DNA of 64,000 nt from Mustelus asterias (GCF_964213995.1 NC_135806.1:53382001-53446000); one strand, 5' to 3'; numbered from the stretch's first letter, positions 24,292-38,311 are shown. The notes: generated from the sequence alone by a model not told the origin. Translations and numbers: made by a program.

Positions 24292-27200
24292 TGTAGTTCT
24301 GCGTGGTCCGTTAAAATCAACAAGGGATTTTCAACAAGCGGGAAATTAACTAAACACATGAACTCTCATTAACATATCTACTCTGCTCGACGTCCCAGGT
24401 AATCCTGTCAAGCTCCACCCAGGGGCTCTCCACATGACCGCAGAGTCATGTGACAATCCGGTCTACAACCCCTCATTTAATTTGACCCCTCACCGGTGTG
24501 AGATGCAACAGTGTACACACGTAACAATGTACCAAGTATATGCAAACAGAACAACAAATTTACAGAAGCGTAGAACAGTGTCCAGAAACAATGAAACACC
24601 AATTTGGCTCTTGCAACTCGTGCACAGAGCATTGTGGTGTCTATGATACGCACGCCTCCCTCTTCTTTCAGGAGAAGTTGGGGGAATGGCAAAAATAAAA
24701 TAGACAGAATTATGGTCAGTGCAGACAGTTTAAGAGGTGACTAAGTTCTGACATCGCATGTTGGGCCTGCTCAAGCATCTGGAATATGTATAGGCACCAA
24801 CAGGTGTAGGTGGGGCTGTCTTATCAGCAGTGCGCACTGTGGTGGTCATGCAAGGTACATTATTTGTGCAGTGTGAAGGCCTTGGACTTGCCATGCAGGA
24901 CTCCAACAGTGTCCGAGTTGTTGGGGGGGGGGGGGCAGGTGTTGGCGATTACTGGCCACCATGTAGTTGTGGGCTGCAGGGCCCTGTCGTTGCCCACTGC
25001 TAACTGGTCATAGCCTGTGGTTTGCAAACAGACCATTTGGCCCATTGCTGGAGGGCACAGAGCTTGGGCGTTTGTTATCGTGCACCTTGTTGTTTAATGT
25101 GTTGTAGCAGCGCTTCATGCACATTGGGTACAGGTTCTGGCTGCAACATGGCCTCGGCTGTCGGGATCATGGTCCTGGTGCGTCTAAAGAGCTGTTGAGC
25201 TGACAAGGGCAGAGCCTGTTGGGGAAGATTACATAGGCTTACAAGTGCAGCATAGAAAGCAATGTCATCCTGCGCATACTTTTCCAGAAGATGTTTGATG
25301 GATTGTACAGCTCTCTCTGTGAGCCCATTGGACTGTGGAAATAGAGGGCTGATTGTTACATCCCAAGTGGAAGCAAAAGGTACAGAATCCGACAGAGACA
25401 AGTTGGTGAGCATCGTTGGACGTGAGTTTTTGCGGAATGCCAAGTGTCTCGAGTTTCACAATTACCAGACTGCTGGTTATTTTTGGCAAACAGTCCAGTT
25501 CGAACCATCCAGAGTGCAAACCCACCAATGCCAGGTGTTGCTTGTTGTCTCATTCAAAAATGTCTGCTGCCGTGAACACCCACAGTAGATCTGGGACCTC
25601 GAGTGTAGGGGCTCTTTTGTTTGGTGTGGCTTAAACACACAACAGAGGGAGCAACTGGAGATCACTCTCTCGCTCAATATCAGCTTGCATTCATGTATAA
25701 TATAGCAACTCTTTGGCCCTTAGTTGTATCCAATCCAGGATGCCCGTGATGGGCTTGTTGGGTATAGTACCACTGAAAAGTGGGTGGAATGATGAATTGC
25801 TGACCTCACAGGATTAAACCATCTTGAATAGTTAGTTCCTCTCTTAACAACACACGGAGGTCATGAGGAAGCTCTCTAGAAGATTCTGGGCAGCTTTGCA
25901 CGATGACATCATGCAGTATGTGACACGTTGCTGCAGCATCTTGTCCAACACCTGGATGCAGAGTGAGGAAAGTACCTCTATCTCCATGATGTCAATGTCT
26001 GCCTCATGATCAGCCTGGTCTGTGGTGGGTAGAAAGGCTCAGGAGAAAGGGATCAGCTATTTAGAGTTCCTCGCTGCACCTGTACACCACACTGATGTTC
26101 CTTTAACATCATGTATTGTAGCTGTGCAGACGCAGTGTGAAGAGGCTTCTTCAGGATAGTTATGAACGGTTGATGGTCAGTTTCCAAAGTTTCTGGATGG
26201 CTACAGATGAAATCTCGGAATTTCTGACATGCAGAAATCAGGGCAAGGAGCTCTTTTTTGATTTGCACGGATCAAGTTTATGTCAGTGAGTGCCCTGGAG
26301 GTAAAAGCTATTGGTTGACCATTTTGTATGCGTGCTGCACCAAGTCCATGCTTTGACACGTCTGCTGAGATTGAGACAGGAGCTTGGAGTAAAACTGATG
26401 GAGACGACAATGATCGTTAGAGTCTGCTGAATGACATTGTGTGGTGTTCTTACCAACACCATTCGCCATCCTGATGTAAGAGTTGCTAAAGTGGTCCAGT
26501 GATTTCACTAACAACAAGGAAAGACTTTTGAGGTAATGTCAGACCCAAGAGCCGCTGTAAAGTGTGCTTATCCACCAGAATGTCAATATGGCGCATCACC
26601 GTCATCTTCTCTGGATCAGGTTTTACACCATCTCTCAGCAGGTGGTCCACATAATTCAGGGTCAGCCAGGTGCAGTGACACTTTGCAGGGCTGAGTGTCA
26701 AACTGAGATTCCAGGCTTTGTTTAGGACACGATGAAGACACTCATCACGTTCGGCTACAGTACGACCCCAGATCAGTATGTCATCAAACCATGAGCTCAC
26801 GTGGTTGATCTACAAAGAGATGTTCCAAACAGCGCTGAAAAACCTCTCAGCCGGTAGAGAAAACAGTGTTCATCTACCGGGGTCATGAACGTGGTGAATC
26901 TTGAGGATGCAAGATCCAGTGGGATTTGCCAAAATTCACATCCAACACACTAAATAGTCTTGGTTGGAGATGACCTGTTCATGGGGTGATGTGGCCCGAG
27001 TAGCACTTCGATTTAACGTACAGGGTCAATGCATATCCTGATCGTACCATCCTTTTCACTGCAGCTACCATTGCTGAAACCCATTCTGTGGCCTCTTCCA
27101 CTGGGGTAATTGCATCCATTTCTGTTGTTTGACACAGCTTGATGACGACCATTTGATTCATCGTAATCGATATCCTTTCTGGTGTGCATTGTTGGTTTGA

Positions 27201-29270
27201 CCAAGTCATCTAATCTTATAAAGGTATACAAAAAGATAACTTGTGAATTGTCTCATTCAAAAATGTCACTGTATCTGTCATCTCCATGGCTTGAAGTTGC
27301 ACACTGTGGGCTTCTGGGCCAAGTTGAATGACCCCGAATGAGATGCAGTCCCAGAGTCGGAGTAGTGGCTTGAGATTTTGGGTCACAATGTGGAAGTCGA
27401 AATTTCCCTGTACGCAGTGAAGTGTGGCCACGTCCTCGGTGACGATTGTCTGTCCACCATAAGCCATGAGATTGGACTGCTGGTTGGGATCCAGTATTGC
27501 CTTCGAAGCGGTTTCTCAGTTTGTTTCTGGATAGAACATTGCACTTTGCCCATGTGTTGATTTTGATTTTTAAACTTAGCAATGGTTGAGATGTGTAGTC
27601 GAGTGAATATTTCTCCTTTGAGTGGATGATTCCACACTTTCGCAATATAGCATGGCAATTGCCTTGGTCATTTCATTCAGATGATCCTGTAATTCACTGA
27701 TCCGAGTTACACGCGTGTCCCTGGGAAAATGACTGGCATGGGTACTGCTGGCATAGGGAAAATAGAACTGTCGTTTGGATCTACAGCATTTGGTGAAGTG
27801 AGTCCACTTTGTCGTGTGTGTGGTGTCTTGTCACTTTAAGGCAGTACAGCAGAAGTGAGTCACCTGATTTGAGACACCTATGGGAACTGAGTATGTGTGA
27901 TCACACCAGAGGGTGGAGTCCTCTCAGGAGAATCTTCTGGAAGCATGTAGTAAGCATGTAGAACTGGGACTCTGCCCAGGGCAGCCTTCGTGCTGCACAA
28001 AGGGGAAGCGATGGCCTAATGGTATTATCACTAGACTGTTAATCCAGAAACTCAGCTAATGTTCGGAGGACCCGGGTTCAAATCCCACCAGACAAATGGT
28101 GGAATTCGAATTCAGCAAAAACTATCTGGAATTAAGAATCTGATGACCACGAAACGATTGTTGATTGTTGGAAAAACCCATCTGGTTCACTAATACCTTT
28201 TGGGGAAGGAAATCTACTGTCCTGACCTGGTCTGGCCTACATGTGACTCCAGAGCCACAGCAATGTGGTTGACTCTCAACTGCCTTTGAGCAACTCGGGA
28301 TGGGCAATAAATGCCAGTGATGCCCATGTCCCACAAATGAATAAAAACCTCCTGTACCCGAATTTCTCTATTCAGTAAATACCTTCCTTCTTCCAAACAA
28401 GGTCTGAAGCCTCTTAATAATTCCAGGTGCAGGCCACACAAAATATAACACACTTGCCACTGCGATGACTCTCTTTCCAAAGGTGCGCCACCGTGCCCTG
28501 TTTGGAGGATGCTGGCCACTGCAGTTGGTGCAGAGTGCCCCCAAACTGAAAATGCCTCTGCCCTGCCAAAATGGTGCCGTTTCCCACCAGAAACCTTCAT
28601 GCAATGTTTCAGGTTGTTCATGAATTGTGCACACAGATTACTGGCTGCTGTAGTTGGTGCAGAGCGCCCCCTGTACAATACATACTTCCCCCCGAAACCA
28701 CGCTGTTTGTTTGGTCTCTGACTGGTCATATAGAATGCACATTTCTAAACAGACTGTAGCGGCAGGTCTTTTTAAGTAGTTATTTTCGGAGTGCATTGGT
28801 TGGTATGGAGCATAGAAAACAATCTCCTAACGAATTCATCAGTAAATGCTGCCAATGCACATCTTTCTGCCAAGGCCTATAGTGTGTTCATGTAGGACTG
28901 TGTTGATTCTTACAGTTTCTGATTAGTAGAATGGAATACGCGGTGGTCTAAAATCGTTTTTAAGCAGGGACCATATTTCTTCAAATTTCTGTAGGATAAT
29001 TGAGAGCTCCTCGTTATGTTCAGAATCGAATCTAAACTTCACAACCGCTACAGATCCTGCTAGGTTCAGCAGGCTTTATAGTTCTGCATGGGCCATTATA
29101 AGAAATTATTGCACAAGGGACTTTCAACAAACGGGATGTTTATTAATTAAACATGCAAACTCTCAGTAACACACCGACTCTGCCCAAGGTCCTGGGTAAT
29201 CCTGCCAAACCCCACCCTCCTGTGGCCTCATCTTGTAGTCATGCGATGACCCAGTCACGGATATTGCTTA
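24292..29270 (-). mobile_element. Old Gypsy LTR retrotransposon, heavily mutated
   Basis: Degenerate LTR pair at about 24292-24470 and 29080-29260. Minus-strand remnants of RT (TEWVSAMV..KDGTIRICIDP, WFDDILIWG), RNase H (ADVSKHGLGA, KKELLA) and integrase (SGWFELD, PQSNGLTERAVQ). Confidence 0.8.
28002..28347 (+). mobile_element. tRNA-derived SINE inserted in the old Gypsy
   Basis: A box tggcctaatgg, B box ggttcaaatcc, tail gatgggcaataaatg..aatgaataaaaa. A second, interrupted copy lies at about 48600-49290. Confidence 0.75.
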
Positions 29271-29744
29271 CAAAACGTACATCCTTCTTTAGAAAGGATG
29301 TCAGGGTCACAGAAGGGCAATCACTGTAACTGGCATCACTGGTAAATCTATCAAGAGAAGTCTAGTTTCTGTGCAACTGGATGCAGGGAAGTGCAGATCC
29401 GTTTTTGTGCAATATAGATTGAAAATAATTTGTCCTGTGAGCATCATTTCAGATTAGTTTTACTTTTCAGAATAATTTCAGTAATTAGAATTCTAATTTG
29501 TTTCGAATTCCTAAAAAGAAAACGCACCCTGCACTTCAAACAGTATAATCTTTTGAATTATTCCACAACTCCAAAGTTAAAAAGATTGTCACTGGCGTGC
29601 CTCACACCCAGGATGCTCAAAAGCAGCAAGGTCACAAGATGATCATAGATTGGACATGCCTTTTAGTTTCATTATAGCGACTAAATCAAAATCCTGAAAT
29701 ACATTATTCAACTCCACCAAAGGACCACAATTAATAAAGATTCA

Positions 29745-29960
29745 AGATAAAAGCAAAATACTGGGAATGCTGGAATCTGAAACAAAAACAGAAAATGCTG
29801 GAAAATCTCAGCAGGTCTGACAGCATCTGTGGAAAGCGAATAGAACCAACATTTCGAGTCTGGGATGACTCAAAACTCTGACAAGACTCAAAACGTTGGC
29901 TCCATTTTCTTCCCACAGACGTCGTCAGACCTGCTGGGATTTTCCAGCATTTTCTGTTAT
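29745..29960. mobile_element. Penelope-like family 2 pLTRs in inverted arrangement, hammerhead cores decayed
   Basis: Minus-strand copy at about 29745-29870 and plus-strand copy at about 29875-29960 of the 17156-17290 repeat. Confidence 0.7.
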
Positions 29961-31551
29961 TATAATACAAAGACTCCTTCAGCTTGACAGGATAAGTGGA
30001 AGTGGGCAGTGGACTGGCTTTCATTGTCAGTGCATTGGAGGAGAATTTTATAGATTTCTTCCCCTTACTGATGCTCTGTGGTTCTCTCTTTTTTTTGACT
30101 GTCTTAAGGAGATTACGTAGCTGCTGGGAAGGAAAGCAAATGGGGGAACAAGAGGGTGGCTGTGCAAGAGAGTGTGTCGTCATGGAGGATGGAGCAGGCT
30201 TGATGGACCAACTAATCTTTTCCTTGTTTATCAATGGGGAAAGGAGACAACGGGTGACAAGAAAAGTCAGGGCTTAATTTTGGGAACGAAGGCTTCAACT
30301 CAGGCATATTTTAAGTAATTGCACTGGTTATCTAAATCCTGGTCAGGAGCTTTTGCAAAGATTTATGTAGTTTCCGCAATAAGCTGCTTACTTGTTGCTT
30401 GCATTACCCTGCCTCTAAACCAGAAGCTCTTTTGAAATTTGAAGAGAAAAATAACGAAACTCCAATTTCAGTAGCTCATTAAAGTCCCGCAAAATATTGA
30501 CAACTTAGTGCATCTTGTGTGTGCATTAGCTGCCCTGGTTGGGTAACAACAGTATTAACGATTAAAAACTTAGGAAAATGTGATCTAATGTAGCCTGACA
30601 AATCTGGAACAGCTGAACCTGTCCTTTTCAAAGATTTCATGCTTCATTACTTGACTTAGCCAGCGGAAAACAGAATTCTAACTATTTAACTGTGAAACAC
30701 TGCAATATACATGCACACACTCCCAATGTCTAAACTACAACTGCTCATTTCGTTCTATGTGCAAAGTTGTTAAAAAGGGATCTTTCTGCCAGTTAACAAA
30801 TCCATACCTTGGTTCACTTCAATCGTTATATTCGCCAGATAAATCCAAAGCCTCTCAAAAATATCCCTAGGACTGGATTCTCCTTTGCCAACCCAACAAC
30901 TTGGGCGGAGGAAGTGAGAGAAAAGGCTGCCCACTTTGCGATTTGGATTTTTAAGTTTTAGGAGGCCCACTTTGCGATCAGCATTAAGCAACTAGAAAAT
31001 TCATTTTCAGCACAAACGTAAAATGTTGCAGCACATTAAAAATGGAGTCAGGCTTACAAAATGATGCAGCTCTAATGGAATGCATGAGAATGTGTCTCGA
31101 GCTTCAACATGTTTCACAAATCAATGAACACAGATTAAAATCAAAATTTAGCCAAAAATGAACCACAAACCAAATCAGCTTTACCCTCCTGTAGCTCAAC
31201 TACAGCTTTGTTGCACTGGTTCATTTAGAGGAGGAACAAACCTGAATTATTATTTTTTTTAAGTAGAGCCTTTTACAACCTCAGGCTGTCAATGAAGTAC
31301 TTCTGGATAATAGTCACAGTTGCTATGTAGCTAAAAACAAAAAACAATTTGTTGCTGCGCTAGTAATTTTCTTTGCGGCAAGTTGGGTTAGAAAAGTTCT
31401 AAGAGCATAATTGGGAAAGATGCAGAGTAGACAAGGTAAAGACAACCCACTGTCAACTCTGGTCGACTCCAGCCTTTGGAGCACTTTTATTTTAATGGAA
31501 GTGAGGAGCTGCATATTAACATTATCGTCTTTTTAAAACCACAATGTTTCT

Positions 31552-31850
31552 GCGGCACTGTGGTTAGCACTACTGCCTCACAGTGCCAGGCAACCAGATT
31601 TGATTCCCAGCTTGGGTCACTGTCTACGTGGAGTTTGCACATTCTCTCCGGTGTCTACGTGGGTTTCCACCGGGTGCTCCGGTTTCCTCCCACAGTCCGA
31701 AAGGCATGCTAGTTAGGTGCATTAGTCATGCTAAATTCTCCCTCAGTGTACCCCAACAGGCGCCGGAGTGTGACAACTAGGGGATTTTCACAGTAACTTC
31801 ATTGCAGTGTTAATGTGAGCCTACTTGTGACAATAATGAATAAACTTTAA
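31552..31850 (+). mobile_element. HE1-type V-SINE with Rex1-like tail
   Basis: tRNA head tggttagcactactgcctcacag; V domain gtggagtttgcacattctc..gggtgctccggtttcctcccacagtcc; tail cctacttgtgacaataat. Confidence 0.85.
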
Positions 31851-33059
31851 AACTTTTTAAAAGTTTCAGGCGATTTAAAAGCAAAAACTTTTGATCGAAT
31901 CATTGCTGCTCCAATAACATTGCCTTATTAGATAACTAACGTGCTTCTTGTTTTTGAGTCAATTCTACAAACTTAAATGAGTCAAAGCTGTAATAGAACC
32001 TGGTCCATGAGCATGGCCTGGTGTTATCCCACAGTTCAATTTCTTCACTGTCGAAGGGCCCACTGTGCATGTATTGACATGTAGTTTGCAACACCGACTG
32101 AGCTAGGAACTGCAATGAACTTCCCAAGAATCCGCAACACAGACTGAAGAGAGAAGAAAGTCTGTCTTGGAAACTGTAAATCCAGTCAACACACTGTCAC
32201 ATAGATATGTAGACATTGAACTGGAGCAATGAGAGCGTTGTGCATCGAGTCTGTGTCTATGAATGTGCGCACATGCCCAGACCTGTGTTTGCCAAGTCTC
32301 AGAACAACATTAAAAAGATTTCTGACTTCATCAAGATTTCATCACCCTCCTTTTCTGCTGAGTTCTGACATGAGAATTCAAATCTTCGTCCAATGCTGCC
32401 AAGCTTTCAGCCAGTGTTCGATCCTGTTAACCTGGGTCATTGATACCAGTTTTAGTGCCGATAATTGTCTCAATTCGCGCGATGTGGACTGGGAGACACG
32501 TGATCTGTGTGGTCCTGTGACTCATGTAGCCATGAGATCCTGATAATCTTACACATATTTCCAAATACCATTTTTGTTATTAGGCACTTGCATGATTTGT
32601 AACTGTCAATTTCATAAATTTTAAACTTATTTCAAAATACAAAAATCTTAAAACCATAAATTATAATATCTACTTTGCATTTTTCACGAACATTGCATGT
32701 GTTTCCCTTCAGTTTCAAATTCTAGAAACTAGTTGCTGCCCAAATTCAATAAATGCTCACTTCAAATCCCTATTTTAATTGGTTGAATGACGGTACCTCA
32801 ATAACAACATCTGCCAGTAACTGAAATGTGCTGTCAAACTTAAATAGTTTTGCTGTGCTTAACATTCTTCAGCATCAAATTGTACTTTCTAATTAAGCTT
32901 TTAATTGGCCTCAGTAGCCTTGGATTAGTTACATTTCTGAGTGGAATTTTTGCCGCAGACTTACATCACCACAAAACATAATAAGTGAATTCAGACATTC
33001 CAGTTAGTAGTCTGAGAACACAATGCAAATGTAACCACGCCTCAAAATCCACCTGGAGT

Positions 33060-33368
33060 TAAGGTTAGGATCAAATTCAGTTCTGGCCTTGCCTCACTGT
33101 GGAGATTGCACATTCTCCCCGTGTTTGCGTGGGTTTCTTCCAGGTGCTCCGGTTTCCTCCCACAGTCCGAATATGTTCGGATTAGTGGATTGGCCATGCT
33201 AAATTGTCCCTTAGTGTCCAACAATATGTAGATTAGGTGGATTGGCCATGGTAAATGCAAGGGGTTACAAGGATATGGTGGAGAGGAGCGCCTGGATGGG
33301 ATGTTATTCCAGATTCAGTGCAGTCATGATGGGCCAAATGGCCTCTTTCTGCACTGTAGGGTTCTGTA
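33060..33368 (+). mobile_element. HE1 V-SINE with CR1-like tail
   Basis: V domain plus tail gatgggccaaatggcctctttctgcactgtag. Confidence 0.8.
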
Positions 33369-33597
33369 ATTATTAAAAAAAATTAATTCTAAATAGGAAG
33401 GGTGTGTCATGAGAAAAACTTTCTATACAAATGCAGAGCTCTTCAATTCAAGCTTTATCCAAGATCTCATGTCTCCACTTACTTTTAAATGACGACTCTC
33501 GTTTAGGAACAGACATTTGATACACCCTGACCGATCAGTGGGTAAATACATCACACAGCTAATTGAGTCCTTCAGGCCACCTTTCACTCTCCGTTCC

Positions 33598-36127
33598 AGC
33601 GCTGGTGATAGAGCGTTCATCAAGTCAGAGGTGCGACGTCTCCTGGGGGAGGGGATCATTGAGGCCAGTACCAGTCCCTGGAGAGCCCAAGTGGTGGGTG
33701 TCAAGACTGGGGAGAAACTTTGCATGGCCATGGACTACAGTCAGACCATCAACCGATACACGCAACTGGACGCGTATCCCCTTCCCCGCATATCTGACAT
33801 GGTCAATCAGATTGCGCAATATCGGGTGTTCTCCACCATTGATTTGAAGTCTGCATACCACCAGCTCCATATCGGCCCGGAAGACTGCCAATACACTGCC
33901 TTCGAGGCGGATGGCCGTCTCTACCACTTCCTTCGGGTCCCCTTCGGCGTCACCAGCGGGGTCTCGGTTTTCCAGCGTGAGATGGACCGAATGGTGGACC
34001 AGAACGGGCTGCGGGCCACCTTCCCGTACCTGGATAATGTCACCATCTGCGGCCACGATCAGCAGAACCACGACGCCAACCTCCAAAAGTTCCTCCACAC
34101 TGCGGCACTCCTTAACCTGACCTACAATAAGGAGTAGTGTGTATTCCGTACGCGCCGCCTCGTCATCCTTGGTTGTGTTGTGGAGAACAGGGTCATCAGC
34201 CCTGACCCCGACTGCATGCGTCCCCTCCTGGAACTTCCCCTCCCCACCACCCTCAAAGTGCTGAGGAGATGCCTCGGCTTCTTCTCATACTACGCCCAGT
34301 GGGTCCCCAATTATGCGGACAAAGCCCGTCCGCTCATCAAATCCACATCTTTTCCCCTAGCGGTGGAGGCCCGGCTGGCCTTTGACCGCATCAAAGCGGA
34401 TATCGCGAAGGCCACGATGCACGCCGTAGACGAATCCACCCCATTCCAGGTGGAGAGCGATGCGTCTGACTTTGCCCTAGCCGCCACTCTTAACCAGGCG
34501 GGCAGATCCGTGGCCGCTTTCCCGCACACCCTCCAGTGCCCTGAAATTCGACACTCCTCTGTCGAAAAAGAGGCACAAGCCATCGTGGAGGCGGTGCGGC
34601 ACTGGCGCCACTACTTAGCTGGCAAATGGTTCACCCTGCTCACGGACCAACGGTCCGTTGCCTTTATGTTCAGCAACGCGCAGCAGGACAAAATCAAGAA
34701 CGACAAAATTTTGAGGTGGAGGATCGAGCTCTCCACCTACAATTACGACATTTTATACCGGCCTGGGAAGCTCAATGAGCCCCCAGACGCCCTGTCCTGG
34801 GGGACCTGTGCCAGCGCGAACCTAGACCGGTTACAGACTCTCCACGATGATCTCTGCCACCCGGGGGTGACCAGGTTCTTTCATTTCATCAAGGCCCGGA
34901 ACCTGCCCTATTCCGAGGAAGTCAGGTCTGTAACCAGGCACTGCCAAGTCTGCGCGGAGTGCAAGCTGCACTTCTACCGACCAGACAGAGCGCACCTCAT
35001 CAAAGCCACCCGCCCTTTCGAACGCCTGAGCGTAGACTTCAAAGGCCCCCTCCCCTCCTCTAACTGCAATGTCTACTTCCTCAAATGTTGTTGATGAGTA
35101 TTCGCAGTTCCCCTTTGCTATCCCCTGCCTGGATATGACCTCGGCCACGGTCATCAGGGCCCTGCACAGCCTCTTCACCCTGTTTGGTTTCCCCAGCTAT
35201 ATTCATAGCGACCAGGGGTCCTCTTTTATGAGTGACGAGCTGCGCCAGTACCTACTCTCCCAAAGGCATAGCCTCGAGAAGGACCACCAGCTCCAACCCC
35301 AGGGGGACGGACAGGTGGAGAGGGAGAATGCGACAGTCTGGAAGGCTGTTTTATTTGCTCTCCGGTTTAAGGGTGTTCCAGTCTCCCGCTGGCAAGAAGT
35401 CCTCCCTGATGCGCTACACTCAATTAGGTCACTACTGTGCACGGCTACCAACGCCACCCCGCATGAACGAATGTTTGTTTTCCCCAGGAAGTCCTCCTCG
35501 GGGACCTCACTACCATCATGGCTGACGTCCCCTGGCCCTGTCCTGCTCCGGAAGTACGTGCAGACCCATAAATCGGACCCCCTGGTCGAAACGGTCCGGC
35601 TCCTCCATGCCAATCCCCAATACGCCTATGTGGCACGCTCATTTAGCCCCAGTGTACGGCACGCCTGAGCCCCAGGAGCAGCCTCCACACACCCGGCAGT
35701 CTGAAGGCGCTATGGACGACACCACCGGTTATGGATTGGCGCCTGACTCATCACCGCGGCCTCCTGAACCGGCGCCACGGCTGACACTGCGGCGGTCGCA
35801 GCGGCAGATCAAGCCCCCGGAGAGACTGAACTTGTAACTTGAATCAGTAACTTGTGACTGTTGTTTCCACCACCTCGCCACCACTGAACTCTTTTTAAAC
35901 AGGGGGTGAATGTGGTGAACCACTGTAACAGTGTGTGTGGGATGTGACTGGGCACGCCCCTGCTGCCTTGGTCCGGGGCTCCGCCCTCCTCGGGGTATAA
36001 AGGTGGCTGCTCTCCGCCCCATTGCCTCAGTTCGAGTTGGCCATCGGTTTGGGAGTGCTTCTGTCCTTGTTAATAAAAGCCTGTTGTTCCGCAACCTCTC
36101 GTCTTTGCGTGCATCAATTTTGCATCA
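33598..36127 (+). mobile_element. 5'-truncated Gypsy element (RT-RH-IN, PPT, 3' LTR 35911-36127), disrupted
   Basis: pol is homologous to 58202-61267 (YLDN, SDASD, SVDFKG) with a stop at 34135 and frameshifts. PPT aaacagggggtgaa; LTR TGTGG...GCATCA; flanked by 48-bp direct repeats. Confidence 0.9.
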
Positions 36128-36514
36128 ATCACACAGCTAATCGAGTCCTTCAGGCCACCTTTCACTCTCCGTTCCTGGTCCTGCTTTCGAGTGAGCCAGC
36201 TTTTCATGACTGTCTGTATACAGAACTATTCCAACAACACTCAGATGGATGATGAGTTCAAAACTTCTTTTTCAGTCATCACAAAACCAGAACAGTACAT
36301 CAGTTCAGAATAGAAAATGCATTATAAAATTGTGGGGATGAATTTTTTAATTTAATGATATTGAATAGTGTATTCAATATTAGTAATATCACATACAATG
36401 ATTGAATATTCACTTTGCTACGAGTGTGACTTTTCTTCAAGATTTAACTCTGGAAATTGCCAGGGCACGCAAACACACAGCAGCTCAGTCTCCGCATTTG
36501 GAGGCAGTTAGTAT

Positions 36515-36832
36515 CATAGAATCTAGTGCAGGAGGCGGCCATTTGGCACATCGAACTTGCACCGACAACAATCCCACCCAGGTCCTATCCCCGTAATCTC
36601 ACATATTTACCCACCTAACCCCCTTGACACTAAGGGACAATTTAGCATGGCCAATCAACCTAACCTGCATATCTTTGGACTGTGGGAGGAAACCGAAGCA
36701 CCCGGAGGAAACCCACGCAAATACCGGGAGAATGCGCAAACTCCACACAGACAGTGACCCGAGGCCGGAATTGAACCCCCGTCTCTGATGCTGAGAGGCA
36801 GCAGTTCTAACCGTCATGCCACCATGCCGCCC
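36515..36832 (-). mobile_element. HE1 V-SINE
   Basis: Reverse complement of the tRNA head, V domain and CR1-like tail. Confidence 0.85.
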
Positions 36833-37095
36833 TTAAGTTGATAACAGAATCTTGGGGTCTCAAAAGGGATTGTTTACCCACCTCTTTTTCAAAATGTCAA
36901 ACTTCTCTGGAAAGTAATGACAAAAACTGTTGATCATCGCAGCCAGGTATGACTAAATAAGGCTAGTCAGTTTATTGACAGTTTCCTTATTAACAGTTTT
37001 CTTCAATGTGTCGTAGCTGTGGGAACAAGTAGTTGAAGCTTTTTAGTCGTACGTGTCAAACTTTCAATGACTGTTGGAAAGCATCTATTTGTTAC

Positions 37096-38311
37096 TGATG
37101 CGCGTCAATGAGCACATGGAATCAAGGCTTTGGTATTGAAGGCTTTAATACAGTAACAATGGAACTACTAACACGAATACACCAGTTCAGACTGAAGGGG
37201 TCCTGCCGGAGCAGGGGGTCTTATACCCTGCCACCGGAGGCGGGACCCCACTGGAATGTGCCACGATAACTCTCATAACAGGTAAACACCCTAACCCAAC
37301 AACATAGTACAACCCCCACAGTAATAACACCCTAGCCCAACAGTAACATGGTAACAAACCCCAGTGGTGAACCAACGATGGTTCACCACATTCACCCCTC
37401 CTTTAGGAACAAAAGGTGGCGGGGTGGACGAAAAACAGACAATAACAAAAAAAGTCACAGGATTCACAAGTCCAGACGGTCTGGAGGACCGCACCGACGC
37501 TGCGATCTCCTCAACACCGGTTGCGAAACCGGAGCAGGTGCCGATCTCTTCAACACCGGTTGCGAAAACGGAGCAGGTGCTTGTGGTGGCTCTCTTAACG
37601 TAATGTCTGGCTGTCCCCTCAAGGACTCCCGGGCCGGCCGGCCCTGGTGAGGCGATGGTGCAGGAGCTCATTGGCATAATCCTCTATGGTTTCGCCCGAC
37701 TGCCGACGTCGTGTAGCGAGGAGGTAACGAGCATGTATCTCGTTGGGTGGCATAATGTACCTATTCTTTAGGAGCTCGACGGCACCCTGGTAAGTGGGAA
37801 CTGCACGAATGGCTAGGTAAATCGTGTCGCTTACCCTCGCGTGGAGGACCTGGAGTCTATCACTGTCCGTAGTGATAGCTACCGAGGCTGCCAGGTAGTC
37901 CTCAAAGCACTTCCACCAATGGTCGAATGTGTTAGCTGCACCGACCGCACGTGGGTCCAGTGTCAGACGATCCGGTTTTAGGATCTGTTCCATACTCTCT
38001 GTTTACTGTATTAAATTGATGCGCGTCAATGAGCACATGGAATCAAGGCTTTGGTATTGAAGGCTTTAATACAGTAACAATGGAACTACTAACACGAATA
38101 CACCAGTTCAGACTGAAGGGGTCCTGCCGGAGCAGGGGGTCTTATACCCTGCCACCGGAGGCGGGACCCCACTGGAATGTGCCATGATAACACTTATAAC
38201 AGGTAAACACCCTAACCCAACAACATAGTACAACCCCCACAGTAATAACACCCTAGCCCAACAGTAACATGGTAACAAACCCCAGTGGTGAACCAACGAT
38301 GGTTCACCACA
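37096..38311 (-). mobile_element. Internally deleted, non-autonomous Gypsy element with two 295-bp LTRs
   Basis: LTRs 38017-38311 and 37096-37390 differ at about 3 positions. TSD GTTAC at 37091-37095 and 38312-38316. PPT present; gag N-terminus joined to the pol end. Confidence 0.95.

Noticed and set aside
31936-32543. Short ORFs of coding-like composition
   Set aside because: No recognisable motif, with stops on both strands; cannot be supported without a search.
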